64,000 bases of DNA from contig OZ287700.1 in NCBI GenBank assembly GCA_965649825.1, positions 620,001 through 684,000 of the forward strand, given 5' to 3'. The notes beneath the pieces were generated by a model. It was not told the origin of the DNA. It did no database searches and saw nothing but the letters and a program-made list of their open reading frames with translations. Positions within the stretch are counted from its first letter, which is position 1. Every line of letters starts with the position of its first letter. The position numbers and the translations under genes were made by a program. This document shows, piece by piece, positions 62,091 through 64,000 of the stretch. The stretch comes from Penicillus capitatus (Eukaryota; Plantae; Chlorophyta).

Positions 62091-63894
62091 TCATGGATCC
62101 AGTCGAGATTTAAGGATTTGATTGACGACTGAAGGATTTGCTCGTCCTTTCGAAGCTTTCATGATTTGACCGACAAAGAATCCAAAGAGCTTTGTCTTCC
62201 CGCTGCGATAGGCGCCGACTTGCTTCGGATGATCGGCCAGAATCTGATCGACGAGAGATGTCACATCATCCACATTCGAAATCTGCACTAAACCGCGTTC
62301 TTCCACATAAGCTTGGACTCCGGACGCTCCGGCGCCTAAGGAATATCCGTGACATGAGATTTGAATCCCGACGGTGACCTTTCAGCAGATCAGGGAGAAT
62401 CTGTTTCGCGATTTTTCCGCTGATGACAGACGATTGTATCAATCGGATCATCTCGATCAGCGTTTTGGGTTTGAGTGACACAGCATCCCATGCGACCTTC
62501 TCAGTCTTGCAGTGCGCTGTGATGTCGCCCATGATCCAATTGGCCACTGCCTTGGCATCAGACGGCTGCGTTTCCCGCATGGCGGCGTCGAAATAGTCGC
62601 CGATGTCTGTCTCATCCGTCAAGACCATCACATCCTCCAGAGAGAGGCCCAAATCCAAATACCTCTGTCGTCTTCCGGCCGGAAGTTCAGGACAGTCGGA
62701 TCGAATCTTATCCATCCAGGCGGGATCGACGATAAGAGGCGGCAGATCCGGTTCGGGAAAATAACGATAGTCTGCCAGTCCCTCTTTCTTACGCATGGTA
62801 TACGTCACATCAGATGATTCATCCCACAAACGCGTCTCCTGAACAATCTCCTCTCCCTTTCCCTCTTTCAGAAGCGTGGACTGCAGGCAGGGACTTGTGA
62901 ATGGAGGGTACAGAATGGCATCTGTACTTGGCGCTTGATTTCGTAGTCGATGGCTTTGGCAATATAGGAGAAGGAATTCATGTTCTTGATCTCGACCTTT
63001 GTCCCCAGAGTCGTTGCGTCCTTTGCGGCAACGGAGATGTTGACGTCACATCGCATGGAACCTTCCTCCATATTGCCGTCCGAGATCCCCAGATAACGGA
63101 CGATGCGTCTGATCTCCGCACCGTAAGCAGCAGCCTCGGCGCCCGTCTGCAGATCTGGTCTCGAAACGATCTCCAGCAATGGCACTCCGGCGCGATTGAA
63201 ATCGATCAGGGAGTGACCAGCGCCCGATAGACGCCCAGATTCCGCGCTGTAGATCGATTTTCCGGCATCCTCTTCGATATGCATACGCTCAATGCCAATG
63301 CGCTTTTGCAGAAAAGCGTTTTTCTCACCCAGCGGTACCACGATGTCAACAAACCCATTCGTACAGAAAGGCACATCGTACTGCGAGATCTGGTAACCCT
63401 TTGGCAGGTCTGGGTAGAAGTACTGTTTCCGATCGAATTTTGATTCCAGACAGATTTCTCCGTGCAATGCTAACCCTATCCTCTATCCATGTCAAGGCAA
63501 AGCAGCAGTCACGATGCTTCTCTCACCTGCCAGAATGGCAAAATCCACGACCTGTCGATTAAACACCGGCAATGTGCCTGGATGTCCCATACACACCTGA
63601 ACCAGAGATCGTTGAACAGTAGGTATGGTAGTGGAGAGGGCGGGGCACTGGACATATGTGTGTGTTTGGCACACCACCGTAAACGTTGGCACAGTGACAG
63701 AAGGTTTTGGTCCGCGTCTTGAGTTGGACGTGGGTCTCGAGTCCGATCGTCGCTTCCAACTCCGTCATCGATGCGGCGTCGGTCTCACGCGTCGATATCG
63801 TCGCTTCGCATCGCCATCGTCGTGGACAACCCGTCATGCGGGGGGCCAAGGCGACCAGTGGCGTGCGGTTTGTCCAGAGGGTTGCACATCGCAT
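62091..63894 (-). CDS. gatB: Glutamyl-tRNA(Gln) amidotransferase subunit B, organellar, ~5 introns
   Basis: Transit peptide, [88 protein letters not shown] and [16 protein letters not shown]. Confidence 0.96.
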
Positions 63895-64000
63895 GATGAG
63901 GACGTCGATCGGTCAATCGTTGCTCATTTGCAAAATGGCGCAACCTGCCGCGACCCACGGGACGACGCAGAAGCCCACGGTGCTGTTGCTTATTGGTGAT

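Overview
64 kb of a very compact eukaryotic nuclear genome, most consistent with a green alga: plant-type PATROL1 and PH1 homologues, plastid-targeted EF-G/GatB/DnaJ/UbiA, and flagellar genes (DRC11/IQCA1, a MORN protein). The lineage cannot be fixed from sequence alone. The genetic code is standard, introns are mostly 43-60 bp, and many head-to-head gene pairs have only ~80-180 bp between start codons. About 24 protein-coding genes were reconstructed by hand-splicing, so exon boundaries are inferred, not transcript-verified. Housekeeping genes: PP2C, ArfGAP, ALG1, Lon, APC8, ATG5, prenylcysteine oxidase, plastid EF-G, a TBC RabGAP and GatB. Accessory content: (i) an almost intron-free ~1,720-aa NLR-like NACHT-HEAT protein; (ii) a giant secreted beta-helix/multi-TM receptor-like gene with a ~99.7% identical 1.33-kb internal duplication inside older nested repeats; (iii) an intronless gene with an XPA-type Zn finger and XPA-C-like domain; (iv) a TE island of a 5'-truncated LINE fragment next to a decayed Ty3/Gypsy pol. 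At least 10 of roughly 100 inferred introns need a GC donor (~10%, versus ~1% in typical eukaryotes), and the convergent Lon and APC8 genes appear to share overlapping stop codons (TTAA). No rRNA, tRNA or CRISPR array was recognised.
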